This document shows positions 48,218 through 64,000 of a stretch of 64,000 nucleotides of DNA, one piece after another. The position numbers and the translations under genes are program-made. The stretch lies in NCBI RefSeq assembly GCF_009914755.1, contig NC_060933.1; one strand, 5' to 3'. The first letter of the stretch is position 1, and each line of letters starts with the position of its first letter. This DNA comes from the human T2T-CHM13v2.0 reference genome, Homo sapiens. Under the pieces are notes generated by a model, which made no database searches, was not told where the DNA came from, and was given only the letters and a program-made list of their open reading frames with translations.

Positions 48218-49590
48218 ATGAGTACAAATGAGCAAACACCATTAAACAGGCAGTTCATAGAAGAGGAAATGTCAGTGGTCAATAAAACAGAAGAGGAAGA
48301 TTTCTCAATCTCAGTAACAGTCAAGAAAAGTAAATTAAAACAGGAAGGTTATTTTTTCACTACCATAGTGAGATGTTGCTGACAAAACTTTGGGGGTAGA
48401 AAAATTACCCAAATAATGCCAATGCTCAATCAAGCTTGAAGACCACTGCTAATCAAAAATCATGGCCTGATTTGAAATACATACATTGTTTTTTGGGGGA
48501 AAAAAATGTTGATGATATGCTGTGTTGGCCAGTGTGTAGGGAAAACAGAAACTCTCCTCTTCCTTGAGGACAGCTGAACAGTAGCTATGCTGTCTGTCCT
48601 ACCATTTCACCTCTAGGAACCCATTGTAGAAACACCTCTTTCTGTACAAAAGTGTGCCTTCAAGGAAGTACTCTGAAGTACTGTAACCATGGATTAGAAA
48701 AAAAGTTAACCCAGTTGTGTATAGATAGAGAACAAAGTGGGCTTACCATAAAGCTATTTGGAGAAACAGAAGTAACTCCATTAATACCACCATGCATAGT
48801 TGTCCATGCTATACCAGGAATAAAGAGATTTTCAAAACTGTACATGTATTATGATCTTACCTTCTTTTGATGTATGTAATTTAGCATTTTACTAGAGAAC
48901 AAATTGGAAGGAATAAACAACAAAATATTAACAGTAATTACAGCGAGACTTTTACTATGTTCTTTTATATTTTTATCATGTTTTGAGCTTTGTATAATCA
49001 GATAAGAATAACTTAAAAAGAATACAAACAATCAAAAAAGAAGTAACTCTTAAAGTAACAGCACTGAGGAATACCAGTAATTACCACGATGAGATTGAGA
49101 AGGTTGCAGAAAACCAAATTTTATAATTTCTGAGGTTCCTGCTCTAAAATTTTGTGGTTTAATGGACTGTTACATGAGTCCTTTTGCAGAAACTATTTTA
49201 ACCACACTAGCACATGGAAAATGCTGGTATTATGGTTTCTCCTACCCCCTTTATTATTGCAGACATGATTATGTCCCAAAACTTGGTTCTGACAACACTC
49301 TGCAGGAATGTGGTATTGGTCACCAAACAACATGAGCAGAGTGAGCATTACCCGTGCCACAGGGCCATCTGCCTATGAAGATTTAGACTCTAGGACATTT
49401 CTTTCAGGTGATATTTAAGTAAAATCACCTTTTCAGTATTTTTCCTGATTGTCTAGAGTACCAATAAATTGGGGTTTTTTTTAAGGATGCAATTGTCTAC
49501 CATATGACAGCTTTGTAGATATTAATACCCAAATAAAGGTAAATTTTGGAAATTTTAAGTAGGGCCATACTCAGAAATTAGTTTTACCTT

Positions 49591-49711
49591 GTTCAGCCCG
49601 AATAAGGAGGCTTAAAGCTGTGCCTACAACCCCTGCCCACGCACTGAATATTAGGTACAATGTTCCGGTATCTTTATGGTTAGTTGAGAATAGTCAACGG
49701 TTGGCCAACGT
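49591..49711 (-). pseudogene. MT-CO1 5' fragment (NUMT)
   Basis: ACG TTG GCC AAC CGT TGA CTA TTC TCA ACT AAC CAT AAA GAT... resembles (M)[13 protein letters not shown]...[11 protein letters not shown]. Start codon mutated to ACG. Confidence 0.92.
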
Positions 49712-49727
49712 AAGTGGAGTAGGGCGA

Positions 49728-49793
49728 GGTAAAATGGCTGAGTAAAGCATTAGACTGTAAATCTAAGGACAGAGGCTAAACCTCTTTTTACCA
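49728..49793 (+). pseudogene. mt-tRNA-Tyr pseudogene (GTA)
   Basis: GGTAAAATGGCTGAGTAAAGCATTAGACTGTAAATCTAA...CTTTTTACCA. Confidence 0.9.
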
Positions 49794-49857
49794 GCCCGGA
49801 GGTGACTTTCATGTTGAATTGCAAATTCAAAGAAGCAGCTTCAATCCTGCCAGGTTT
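49793..49857 (+). pseudogene. mt-tRNA-Cys pseudogene (GCA)
   Basis: ...TTGAATTGCAAATTCAAAGAAGCAGCTTCAATCCTGCC. Confidence 0.88.
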
Positions 49858-49914
49858 CTCCCGCCTTCCCCCGCTCCCCCACCCCCCACCCCAACCCACT
49901 GCCTGTGGAAGAAG

Positions 49915-49987
49915 TAGATTGAAGCCAGTTGATTAGGGTATTTAGCTGTTAACTACATTTTTATGGGTTTGAGTCCCATTTATCTAG
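49915..49987 (+). pseudogene. mt-tRNA-Asn pseudogene (GTT)
   Basis: TAGATTGAAGCCAGTTGATTAGGGT...TAGCTGTTAACTA...TCTAG. Confidence 0.9.
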
Positions 49988-49988
49988 T

Positions 49989-50057
49989 AAGGGCTCAGCT
50001 TAATTAAAGTGATTGATTTGCGTTCAGTTGATGCAGAGTAGAGTTTTGCAGTCCTTG
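49989..50057 (+). pseudogene. mt-tRNA-Ala pseudogene (TGC)
   Basis: AAGGGCTCAGCTTAATTAAAGTGATTGATTTGCGTTCAGTTGATGCAGAG...GCAGTCCTT. Confidence 0.9.
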
Positions 50058-50063
50058 GGTTTG

Positions 50064-50131
50064 CAGAAATTAAGTATAGCCTACTTACTAAGGGCTTTGA
50101 AGGCTCTTGGTCTTGTTTAACCTAAATTTCT
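50064..50131 (-). pseudogene. mt-tRNA-Trp pseudogene (TCA)
   Basis: Minus strand AGAAATTTAGGTTAAACAAGACCAAGAGCCTTCAAAGCCCT...TACTTAATTTCTG. Confidence 0.9.
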
Positions 50132-50218
50132 GGAAGATAAGCAGGGTTAGTGGCTAGATTGGTAGGAGGAAGATGGAGAGGATGCTAAGTGAGGGGAGGA
50201 GTAGTATGGACTTTGTTC
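50132..50218 (-). pseudogene. MT-ND2 3' fragment (NUMT) with in-frame TAG
   Basis: TKSMLLLPSLSILSIFLLPI*PLTLLIF resembles the ND2 C-terminus and directly precedes tRNA-Trp. Confidence 0.75.
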
Positions 50219-50687
50219 TAGGACTGACCTCTTGGCCCATAGTTCAAATGCCTTTTAAGCTATACTAAAGTGTTACAGTTGCTTCATTTACTTTAGCTGA
50301 ACTTACTTTCCCAATGGAATATTACATTTAAGTGGAGTAATGATATATAAGTATCCCACAACTCATTCAACCATTCCCCTATTGATGGACATTTGGGTTG
50401 TTTCCCCTTTCCCCCCTCAAATAGAATGGGCTTTTTGAGTTTGTGTACGCATTTCCAGGTTGCTTTCCAAAAAGGTTATAGTAAATAATGTATACTTTCA
50501 CCAGAAATATATAAAATGCCCATTTCCCTGCCACTTTATTTTTTAAACAGTTTTCACATTTTTGAATGGGTAATACATATAAGTGGCATAAATTTTTAAA
50601 GTGCACAGTTAAAATTTCAGTTTTCTATATCCAATACTGATAGTTTGATACCAACCTTCCCATTGAAGTAAGAAAGAAATGAGATCA

Positions 50688-51808
<1,121 letters not shown>

Positions 51809-51809
51809 T

Positions 51810-55135
<3,326 letters not shown>

Positions 55136-55139
55136 TTAA

Positions 55140-55548
<409 letters not shown>

Positions 55549-55592
55549 ATCTTACAAATTCTTAAAGCATTTAAAAGACAGTAAGAAAATCT

Positions 55593-57265
55593 TAAGAGGT
55601 GACAGCCTGCTGGCAGCCCTCGCAGCCCTCGCTCGCTCTTGGCACCTCCTCAGCCTCAGCGCCCACTCTGGCCGTGCTTGAGGAGTCCTTCAGCCCACGC
55701 TGTGCTGTGGGAGTTCCTTCCTGGGATGGCCGAGGCCGGAGCCGGCTCGGACCTGGGATGGCCGAGGCCGGAGCCGCTCAGGTTTAGGGGAGGTGTGGAG
55801 AGAGAGGTACGGGCGGGAACCAGGGCTGCGTGTGGCACTTGCAGGCCAGCTAGAGTTCTGGGTGGGCGTGGGCTTGGCGGGCCCCGTACTGGGAGCGGGC
55901 AGTGAGGGACTTAGCACCCCGGCCAGCAGCTGCGGAGGGTGCGTCGGGTACCCCAGCAGTGCCGGCCCACCGGCGCTGTGCTTGATTTCTCGTCGGGCCT
56001 TAGCTGCCTCCCCGCGGGGCAGGGCTCCGGACCTGCAGCCCGCCAAGACTGAGCCTCCCGCCCCGCCGGGGCTCCTTCAAGGCCCGAGCCTCCCCGACGA
56101 GCTCTGCCCCCTGCTCCACCGCGTCCAGTCCCACTGACCGCCCAAGGGCTGAGGAGTGCGGGCACAGGGCGCGGGACTGGCAGCCAGCTCCACCTGCAGC
56201 CTGGTGCGGGATCCACTGGGTGAATCCAGCTGGGCTCATCCAGCTGGGCTCTTGAGTCTAGTGGGGATTTGGAGAACCTTTATGTCTAGCTAAGGGATTG
56301 TAGATATACCAGTCAGCACTCCGTGTCTAGCTCAAGGTTTGTAAATGCACCAATCAGCACACTGTGTCTAGCTCAAGGTTTGGTAAATGCACCAATCAGT
56401 GTTCTGTGTCTAGCTGATCTGGTGGGGACTTGGAGAACCTTTATGTCTAGCTAAGGGATTGTGAATGCACCAATCAGCACTCTGTCTAGCTCAGGGTTTG
56501 TAAATGCACCAGTCAGCACCTTGTGTCTAGCTCAGGGATTGTGAATGCACCAATCAGCACTCTGTGTCTAGCTCAGGGTTTGCAAATGCACCAATCAGCA
56601 CCCTGTGTCTAGCTCAGGGTTTGTGAATGCACCAATCAGTGCTCTGTGTCTAGCTAATCTAGTGGGGACTTGGAGAACTTCTGTGTCTAGCTCAGCGATT
56701 GTAAACGCACCAGTCAGTACCCTGTCAAAACGGACCAATCAGCTCTCTGTAAAACAGACCAATCAGCTCTCTGTAAAATGGACCAATCAGCAGGATGTGG
56801 GTGGGGCCAGATAAGGCAATAAAAGCAGGCTGCCCAAGCTAGCCCTGACAACCCACCAGAGGTCCCCTTCCACTGTGTGGAAGCTTTGTTCTTTCGCTCT
56901 TTGCAATAAATCTTGCTGCTGCTCACTCTTTGGGTCCACGCTGACTTTATGAGCTGTAACACTCATGGGGGAAGATCTGCAGCTTCGCTCCTGAAGCCAG
57001 CGAGTCCACGAACCCACTGGGAGAAAAGAACAACTCCAGACGCACCGCCTTAAGAGCTGTAATAGTCAACGCCAAGGTCTGCAGCTTCACTCCTGAGCCA
57101 GCGAGACCACGAACCCACCAGAAGGAAAAAACTCCGAACACACTGGAACACCAGAAGGAACAAACTCTGGACACGCTGCCTTTAAGAACTGTAACACTCA
57201 CCGTGAGGGTCCGCGGCTTCATTCTTGAAGTCAGTGAGACCAAGAACCCAGCAGTTCTGCACACA
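55593..57265 (+). mobile_element. Solo ERV9 LTR (LTR12C-like) inserted in an L1 remnant
   Basis: Starts taagaggtgacagc (consensus TGAGAGGTGACAGC), CpG-rich U3, tandem CCAAT units, ends ...ccaagaacccagcagttctgcacaca. Confidence 0.92.
56280..56790 (+). promoter_or_regulatory. LTR12 U3 tandem enhancer repeats with 9 CCAAT (NF-Y) boxes and 3 CCAGT variants; TATA-like AATAAAA near 56818
   Basis: Repeated unit of about 41 bp, gcaccaatcagcactctgtgtctagctcagggtttgtaaat, counted in the sequence. Confidence 0.8.
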
Positions 57266-59890
57266 ATACTATGAACAATTTTATGCTAGTAAATTGATAT
57301 ATTTAGATTACATGAATAATTTCTTTAAAAAAACAATAAAATTGTCACAAGAAGAATCAGAAAATCTAAATTGTCTATAACTATTGAGGATATTGAGTTC
57401 ATAATTTCAAATCTTCCCACAAGAGATACCACAGGTCTCTATATTCTTCACGAGTTCTACCAGTTTTTTAAGACCAGCATAACTATATTACAAACTGACA
57501 GGGACGTCAGAAGGAAAATTTTGCAGGTCAGTCTCACTAATGAACATAGATTTTAAAATACGTATATATTAGCAGACCAAATCCAACAATATATAAATAA
57601 TATATTATGATTATACTGGGTTTATTCAAGAACTAGCGGCGTAAGTGTAACAGTCCAAACACTTTGTGATCATCTTAATAGATGCAAAAAAAATTTTTGA
57701 TAAAATTCAACAGCCATTAGTGTTTTAAAAAGAATAAAGAAAGCAAATGTTTACCATAGTAGGAATATAAGGGAACATCTTTAGTCTGACAGATTATCTA
57801 CAAGAAAACAACATGCTTCAACTACTAGCTGTATCCCCAAGAGAACTGAAAACACATATGTCCACATGAAAACTTGAGGACAATTGTTCATTGCTACACT
57901 ATTCATAACAGCTAAAATTTAGAAACAGCCTAAATGTTTGTCAACTGTTGAATGAATGTACAAAATGCTGCATAGCCATACAAGGGAATATTATTTGGTA
58001 ATAAAAAGGAATGTCATACTGACACATGCTGAAAGTGTCACCACATGGATGAACCTCAAAAACATTACGTGCAGTAAAAGAAGCCAGTCACAAAAGACCA
58101 CATATTGAATGATTTCATTCATATGAAATGTCCAAAATAGACGAATCCATTGAGAAAGTACATTAGTGGTTGCCTGAAATGAAGGGGGTAAGAAGATAGG
58201 GAATGACTGTTAATGGGTACAGGGTTTCTTTATGGAGTGACTAAAATGTTCTAAAAATAGTAGTGATGGCCCTAACTAGGAATATACTAAAAACCATGGA
58301 ATTGTATATTTTAAAGTATGCGTTTTATGGTACGTAAATTATATCTCGAGATAGCTGTTATTTTTTTAAATGGTGAAATACTGACAGTTTTCCCTTTCTG
58401 GGAACAAAACAGTGATGCCCACTGAAGGCCCTGGCCAGTGTGGTAAAGCAAGAAAAAGAAGAGAAACAGTTTTTCCTCCATTTTCTTATGGGAAAAAAGA
58501 AGTAAAGGAAGGAAAAACTGTTACTATTCCCAGATTATGTGGATATGTATGTAAAAAATCCAAAAGAATTTTCAGATAAATTACTAAAATTATCTTTAGA
58601 GTTTTCCAGACACACAATTAATATATAAAAATAAATAGTGGTTTGGCATCCCTGAGGTCCAGATTGCTGCTGCATGTGTGTCACTAGGAAGGCTCATGAT
58701 CCTCCCTTGCTCCTGTGTAATCCACCATGCTGATGGTTCTGCTTTGTGGGGTCTTTCACTGCTGTGGCATCATGAAAGCTCTCTTGCTGGTACTTTCTCT
58801 GCTCAATGGAGCTCTACTTCAAAGAAGATCAGACAGTAAATTAATGTGAAAATTGATGCTGTCAAATTCATTAGGATTAAGACAAAACCATTATTTCAGC
58901 TCAGCAAAGGGAACAAAAGGATACCTGAAATGTGAGAGTCCCAATTAGGGGGTTGTCCACCCCATACTTGCCAGGATATTAAAGATTTTATTACTGCATA
59001 TGATCACTAATGTTGGGCAAAACTTTTCTACAACACAAATGTAGTACATCAACTATCAGATTGGAAATATATTTTAATAAAAACAAGTTATACTGCCTAG
59101 AAATTAAAAAATAATTGTCTTTATACAGTGAGATAATGAAGTTAAGGAAAAGATATGTAAATATCAAGTATATTTAAAATATATCAAGTAGTTAAGAATG
59201 AAGTAACAAAAAATAGGCAAGATATCCTCAGAGAAAATTATAAAATTTTGAGAGAAGTTAAAGCTTATGGGTATTGGGAGATACCATACTCAGGGAGTGG
59301 AACATTCAGTGTTGCAAAGATAACATTTGTTCTTACACTGATCTTAGAGTTGATGAAATTCAAATCAAAATCCTAGCAGTTCACTTTTGTGTGTGTGTGT
59401 GTGTGTTATCTAGAACTTGACAAATTCTAAACTCTATAGGGAAATGTAAAGGCCAAAGAAAAGCCAAGACATTCCTGAAGAAGAACAAGGCTATAAGACT
59501 TTCTATCCCAAATATCAACACTGATTATAAACAAGCTACAGTAATTAAGGCAGTTTGGTAGTGATAGAAGGATAAACAATGGACAGTGGCACAGAAAGAC
59601 AGCAAAATACTCATCACATGTAGCTACTTGATTTTCTCACGTGGACGGTTTCAAGGAACTGCGGAGGGAGACAGAAGAGACCAAACAGACCCACTCATAG
59701 GAAAATGGGCTATGGACTTGTTCTGTTGTGCTCCAGAGACCAGAACTAGAATCAATGGACAGAAACTACAAGCAGGCCGATTTGGACTTAATTAGAAAAA
59801 GAACACACTTTCTCATAACCAAAACTGTCCAGCTGAGCTACTTGATGAGGTTCCAGGGGCACAGGACAAGAATGATTTGAGTGAAAACTA

Positions 59891-60262
<372 letters not shown>

Positions 60263-60645
60263 TCATTTTATCAATAGCATCTGTGCTTCTTTGATCTGCC
60301 TCCCTAAGATAGTGCTGTTAGGCAGTGGAGAACATAGATGTACGTTCTGTCTCTGAGCAGTTCTCTTACTCCCTGAGCAAAGTTTGTTCAGGAGCCAGGC
60401 TTAGTAATAATGGCCAATGTGGACAAAGTACAGTACAGTTAGAGGCTGGGTTCTGGGTCTGGTTCTTCCATCCATAGTTCCACCAAGCCACTAGAGTCTG
60501 GAGCCTTCCCTTGAAGTCGCAGGTAACTAAAACAGACACTGAATCTCTGTACTCAGCATGATAACAGAGACAGGACACATTGATGGATTCCCCTGCATTC
60601 AGTCTAGAAGTGGAAACAAACTCATTTGAACAAATGGTGTCATTG

Positions 60646-60987
<342 letters not shown>

Positions 60988-62035
60988 CTAATGAAATAGT
61001 TCAGTTTCTTTTGTTTTTGAGAATTAAAATAAACTGTAAGATATGACAATTGATATAACAAGTTTTCTTAGACCTGTTTTTTTTTTGTTTAGACTTTGTT
61101 TGATTTCCTGTCCTGCTGTAGTAATATTCAGTCCAGGAGGCTGGAAGTATTTCTAGATAGTTATGCATGTAAAGGGATGTAAGGGTTGAGGCAAGAGTAC
61201 AAATGAAGTTTCACATATGATATTCTAAATGTGTAAAAGTTACACCTTAAGCCAGCAAGCAGTTAAATAAATTATGTTTGATTCTCTTATCTTGAAATGT
61301 GTCCTTCATAACAACCTGGAAAGCCAGGTTCCAATTTAGAATCCTGAACTCCTCAGGATTCACTGACACCAAAACATGGTGGCTCAGGAAGGAGCCAGTA
61401 CACAGCCCGCCACACTTTTCTACCCTATGCCATGACCTACTTATGCCTCAGGGCTCTTTCCCCAGCTCCATATGAGCAGCTACCCTCTGGCCCTGGGGTT
61501 GCTTGCACTAGCAGTGTGGTCTGTCTTCAGGGTGATAGAGCCAGGGAAGAGGAATGCATAAGCCCTGGAAACAAAGTTATTTGGGCAGAGAATTCCAGGC
61601 TACCAGATACTCAGAGCATTTCCTGGGGAGGTGGCTGTGGGAGAGCACATAGACATCTTGCTTAGTGGCCAAGCGGAGCCCATGTCACAAACCCCTCTTG
61701 TCCAGGTTTAAGTGTGACGCTGGGATTGGAAGCCAGGAATTATCATGAGTGGAAGCCACAGTTTCAGGCAAGAAAATTTGGGTGAGAAATATATAGTACT
61801 GTTATATAGTAAGGAGTTAAGTATAGAAGTCTTATTGTGATATAGCATACTTCCCCAAAATGACGTCTGATGCTTTTTGTTTTTTGAGATAGGGTCTTGC
61901 TCTGTCACCCAAGCTGGACTGTAGTGGCACAACCATGGCTTACTGTAGCTTCAACCTCCCAGGCTCAAACAATCCTCCCACCTTAGCCTGTCAAATGTCT
62001 GGGACTACGGGCACATACCACCACACCTGGCTAAT

Positions 62036-62446
62036 TTATTTTATTTTATTTTATTGTTTTATTTTTCCATAAGTTATTGGGGTACAGATGGTATTTGGTT
62101 ACATGAGTAAGTTGTTTAGTGGTGATTTGTGAGATTTTGGTGTACCCATCACCCAAGCAGTATACACTGCACCCTATTTGTTGTCTTTTATCCCTCACCC
62201 CACTCCCACTCTTCCCTTCAAGTCCCCAAAGTCCATTGTATCATTCTTATGCCCTTGCGTCCTCATAGCTTAGCTCCCACATATCAGTGAGAACATTCGA
62301 TGTTTGGTTTTCCATTCCTGAGTAACTTCACTTAGAATAATAGTCTCCAATCTCATCCAGGTCATCCATGGTGTGTGTATATATATATAATGGAATACTA
62401 TGGAGCCATAAAAAGGAATGAGTTAACAGCATTTGTTATATATATG

Positions 62447-62478
<32 letters not shown>

Positions 62479-62711
62479 GATATATATATGTGTGATATAT
62501 ATGTGTGTGTATATATGTGATATATATGTGTATATATATGATATGATAGATCTATCATATATGTGATATTATAGGTCTATCATATATGTGATATGATAGA
62601 TCTATCATATATGTGTTATGATAGATCTATCATATATATGTGATATGATAGATCTATCATATATATGTGATATGATAGATCTATCATATATATGTGATAT
62701 GATAGATCTAT

Positions 62712-62742
<31 letters not shown>

Positions 62743-64000
62743 CCCACAGTTTCTTTATCCACTTGTTGATTGATGGGCATTTGGGTTGGTTCCATGATTT
62801 TGCAACTGTGAATTGTGCTGCTATAAACATGCATGTCTAAGTATCTTTTTCGAATAATGATTTATTTTCCTCTGGGTAGATACCCAGTAGTGGGACTGCT
62901 GGATCAACTGGTGGTTCTACTTTTAGTTCTTTAAGGAATCTCTACACTGTTTCCCATAGTGGCTGTACTAGTTTTCATTCCCACCAGCAGTGTAGAAGTG
63001 TTCCCTGTTCACCGCATCCATGCCAACATCTACTGTTTTTTGATTTTTTTATTATGGCCATTCTTGTAGGAGTAAGGTGGTATCACATTGTGGTTTTGAT
63101 TTGCATTTCTCTGATTATTAGTGATGTTGAGCGTTTTTTCATATGTTTGTTGGCCATTTGTGTATCTTCTTTTGAAAATTGTCTATTCGTGTCATTAGCC
63201 CACTTTTTGATAGGATTGTTTTTTTCTTACTGATTTGTTTGAGTTCGTTGTAGATTCTGGTTATTAGTGCTTTGTCAGATGTATAGATTGTGAGGATTTT
63301 CTCCCACTCTGTGGGTTGTCTGTTTACTCTGCTGACTGTTCCTTTTGCCGTGCAAAAGCTCTTTAATTAGGTCCCAGCTATTGATCTTTGTTTTTATTGC
63401 ATTTGCTTTTGGGTTCTTGGTCATGAAATCCTTGCCTAGGCCAATGTCTATTTATTTATTTTATTTTTTCCTCTTTTTTTTCTTTTTCTTTTTATTATTT
63501 TTCTTTTTTTTAAGCCAATGTCTAGAAGGGTTTTCCCAATGTTATCTTCTAGAATTTTTATAGTTTCACGTCTTAGGTTTAAGTCTTTAATCCATCTTGA
63601 GTTGATTTTTGTATAAAATGAGAGATGATGATCCAGTTTTATTCTCCTACACGTGGCTAGCCAATTATCTCAGCACCATTTGTTGAAAAGGTTGTCCTTT
63701 CCCCACTTTATGTTTTTGTTTGCTTTGTCGAAGATCAGTTGGCTGTAAGTATTTGGGTTTATTTCTGGGTTGTCTATTCTGTTCCATTGGTCTATATGCC
63801 TATTTTTATACCAGTATTATGCTGTTTTGGTGACTGTGGCCTTATAGTTTGAAATTAGGTTGTGTGATGTCTCCAGATTTGTTCTTTTTGCTTAGTCTTG
63901 CTTTGGCTATGCGGGCTCTTTTTTGGTTACATATGAATTTTAGAATTGTTTTTTCTAATTCTGTGAAAAAGGATGGTGGTATTTTGGTGGGGATTGCGTT
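62036..64000 (-). mobile_element. L1PB-like element, 3' end, antisense, continuing past the window edge
   Basis: ttttccataagttattggggtacag...gtccccaaagtccattgtatcattcttatgcc...tagatacccagtagtggga. Confidence 0.88.
62541..62716. repeat. Minisatellite of 7 units (25-27 bp), each built on the 20-bp palindrome ATATGATAGATCTATCATAT; flanked by (TA)n/(TG)n and (CA)n
   Basis: Units start at 62541, 62566, 62591, 62616, 62643, 62670 and 62697. Confidence 0.92.

Larger units (their letters stand above)
49591..50218 (-). pseudogene. NUMT (nuclear mitochondrial insertion): ND2 3' end, tRNA W-A-N, OL, tRNA C-Y, COX1 5' end
   Basis: Gene order and sequence match the vertebrate mtDNA WANCY region, but are clearly diverged from modern human mtDNA. 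Confidence 0.95.

Noticed and set aside
49728-50131. Five tRNA-like genes as functional nuclear tRNAs
   Set aside because: Mitochondrial-type sequences in mtDNA gene order, with stem mismatches and flanked by broken ND2 and COX1. Treated as NUMT pseudogenes.
55599-57264. Multiple overlapping 60-118 aa ORFs
   Set aside because: They arise from GC-rich LTR12 sequence with few stop codons. There is no gag, pol or env (solo LTR).

Overview
Human (primate) genomic DNA that is AT-rich and dense in Alu and L1 repeats. It holds the complete ECM2 (extracellular matrix protein 2) coding sequence on the minus strand. Nine coding exons with GT-AG boundaries and matching phases add up to exactly 2100 nt (699 aa plus stop). 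They encode a signal peptide, a basic segment, a VWC domain, an acidic tract ending in RGD, and leucine-rich repeats. A probable non-coding first exon lies near 46.5 kb. From memory, this is the 9q22 OGN-OMD-ASPN-ECM2 cluster nested antisense in a CENPP intron; no CENPP exon was identified here. Other content: the MIR4670 hairpin, an old NUMT (ND2 end, WANCY tRNAs, OL, COX1 start), a solo LTR12C-type LTR, a solo ERVK-type LTR inside MER58, a Tigger3 with nested insertions, about 30 Alus and many L1 fragments. I found no convincing new multi-gene biological system. The most interesting signals are local: DNA-repair or template-switch scars (an exact 40-nt inverted patch copied from a neighbouring Alu, a tail-less Alu fragment, an L1 micro-inversion beside a palindromic minisatellite), a strand-symmetric miRNA hairpin, and several candidate alternative splice sites of ECM2. 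Repeat family names come from recalled consensus sequences and repeat boundaries are approximate.
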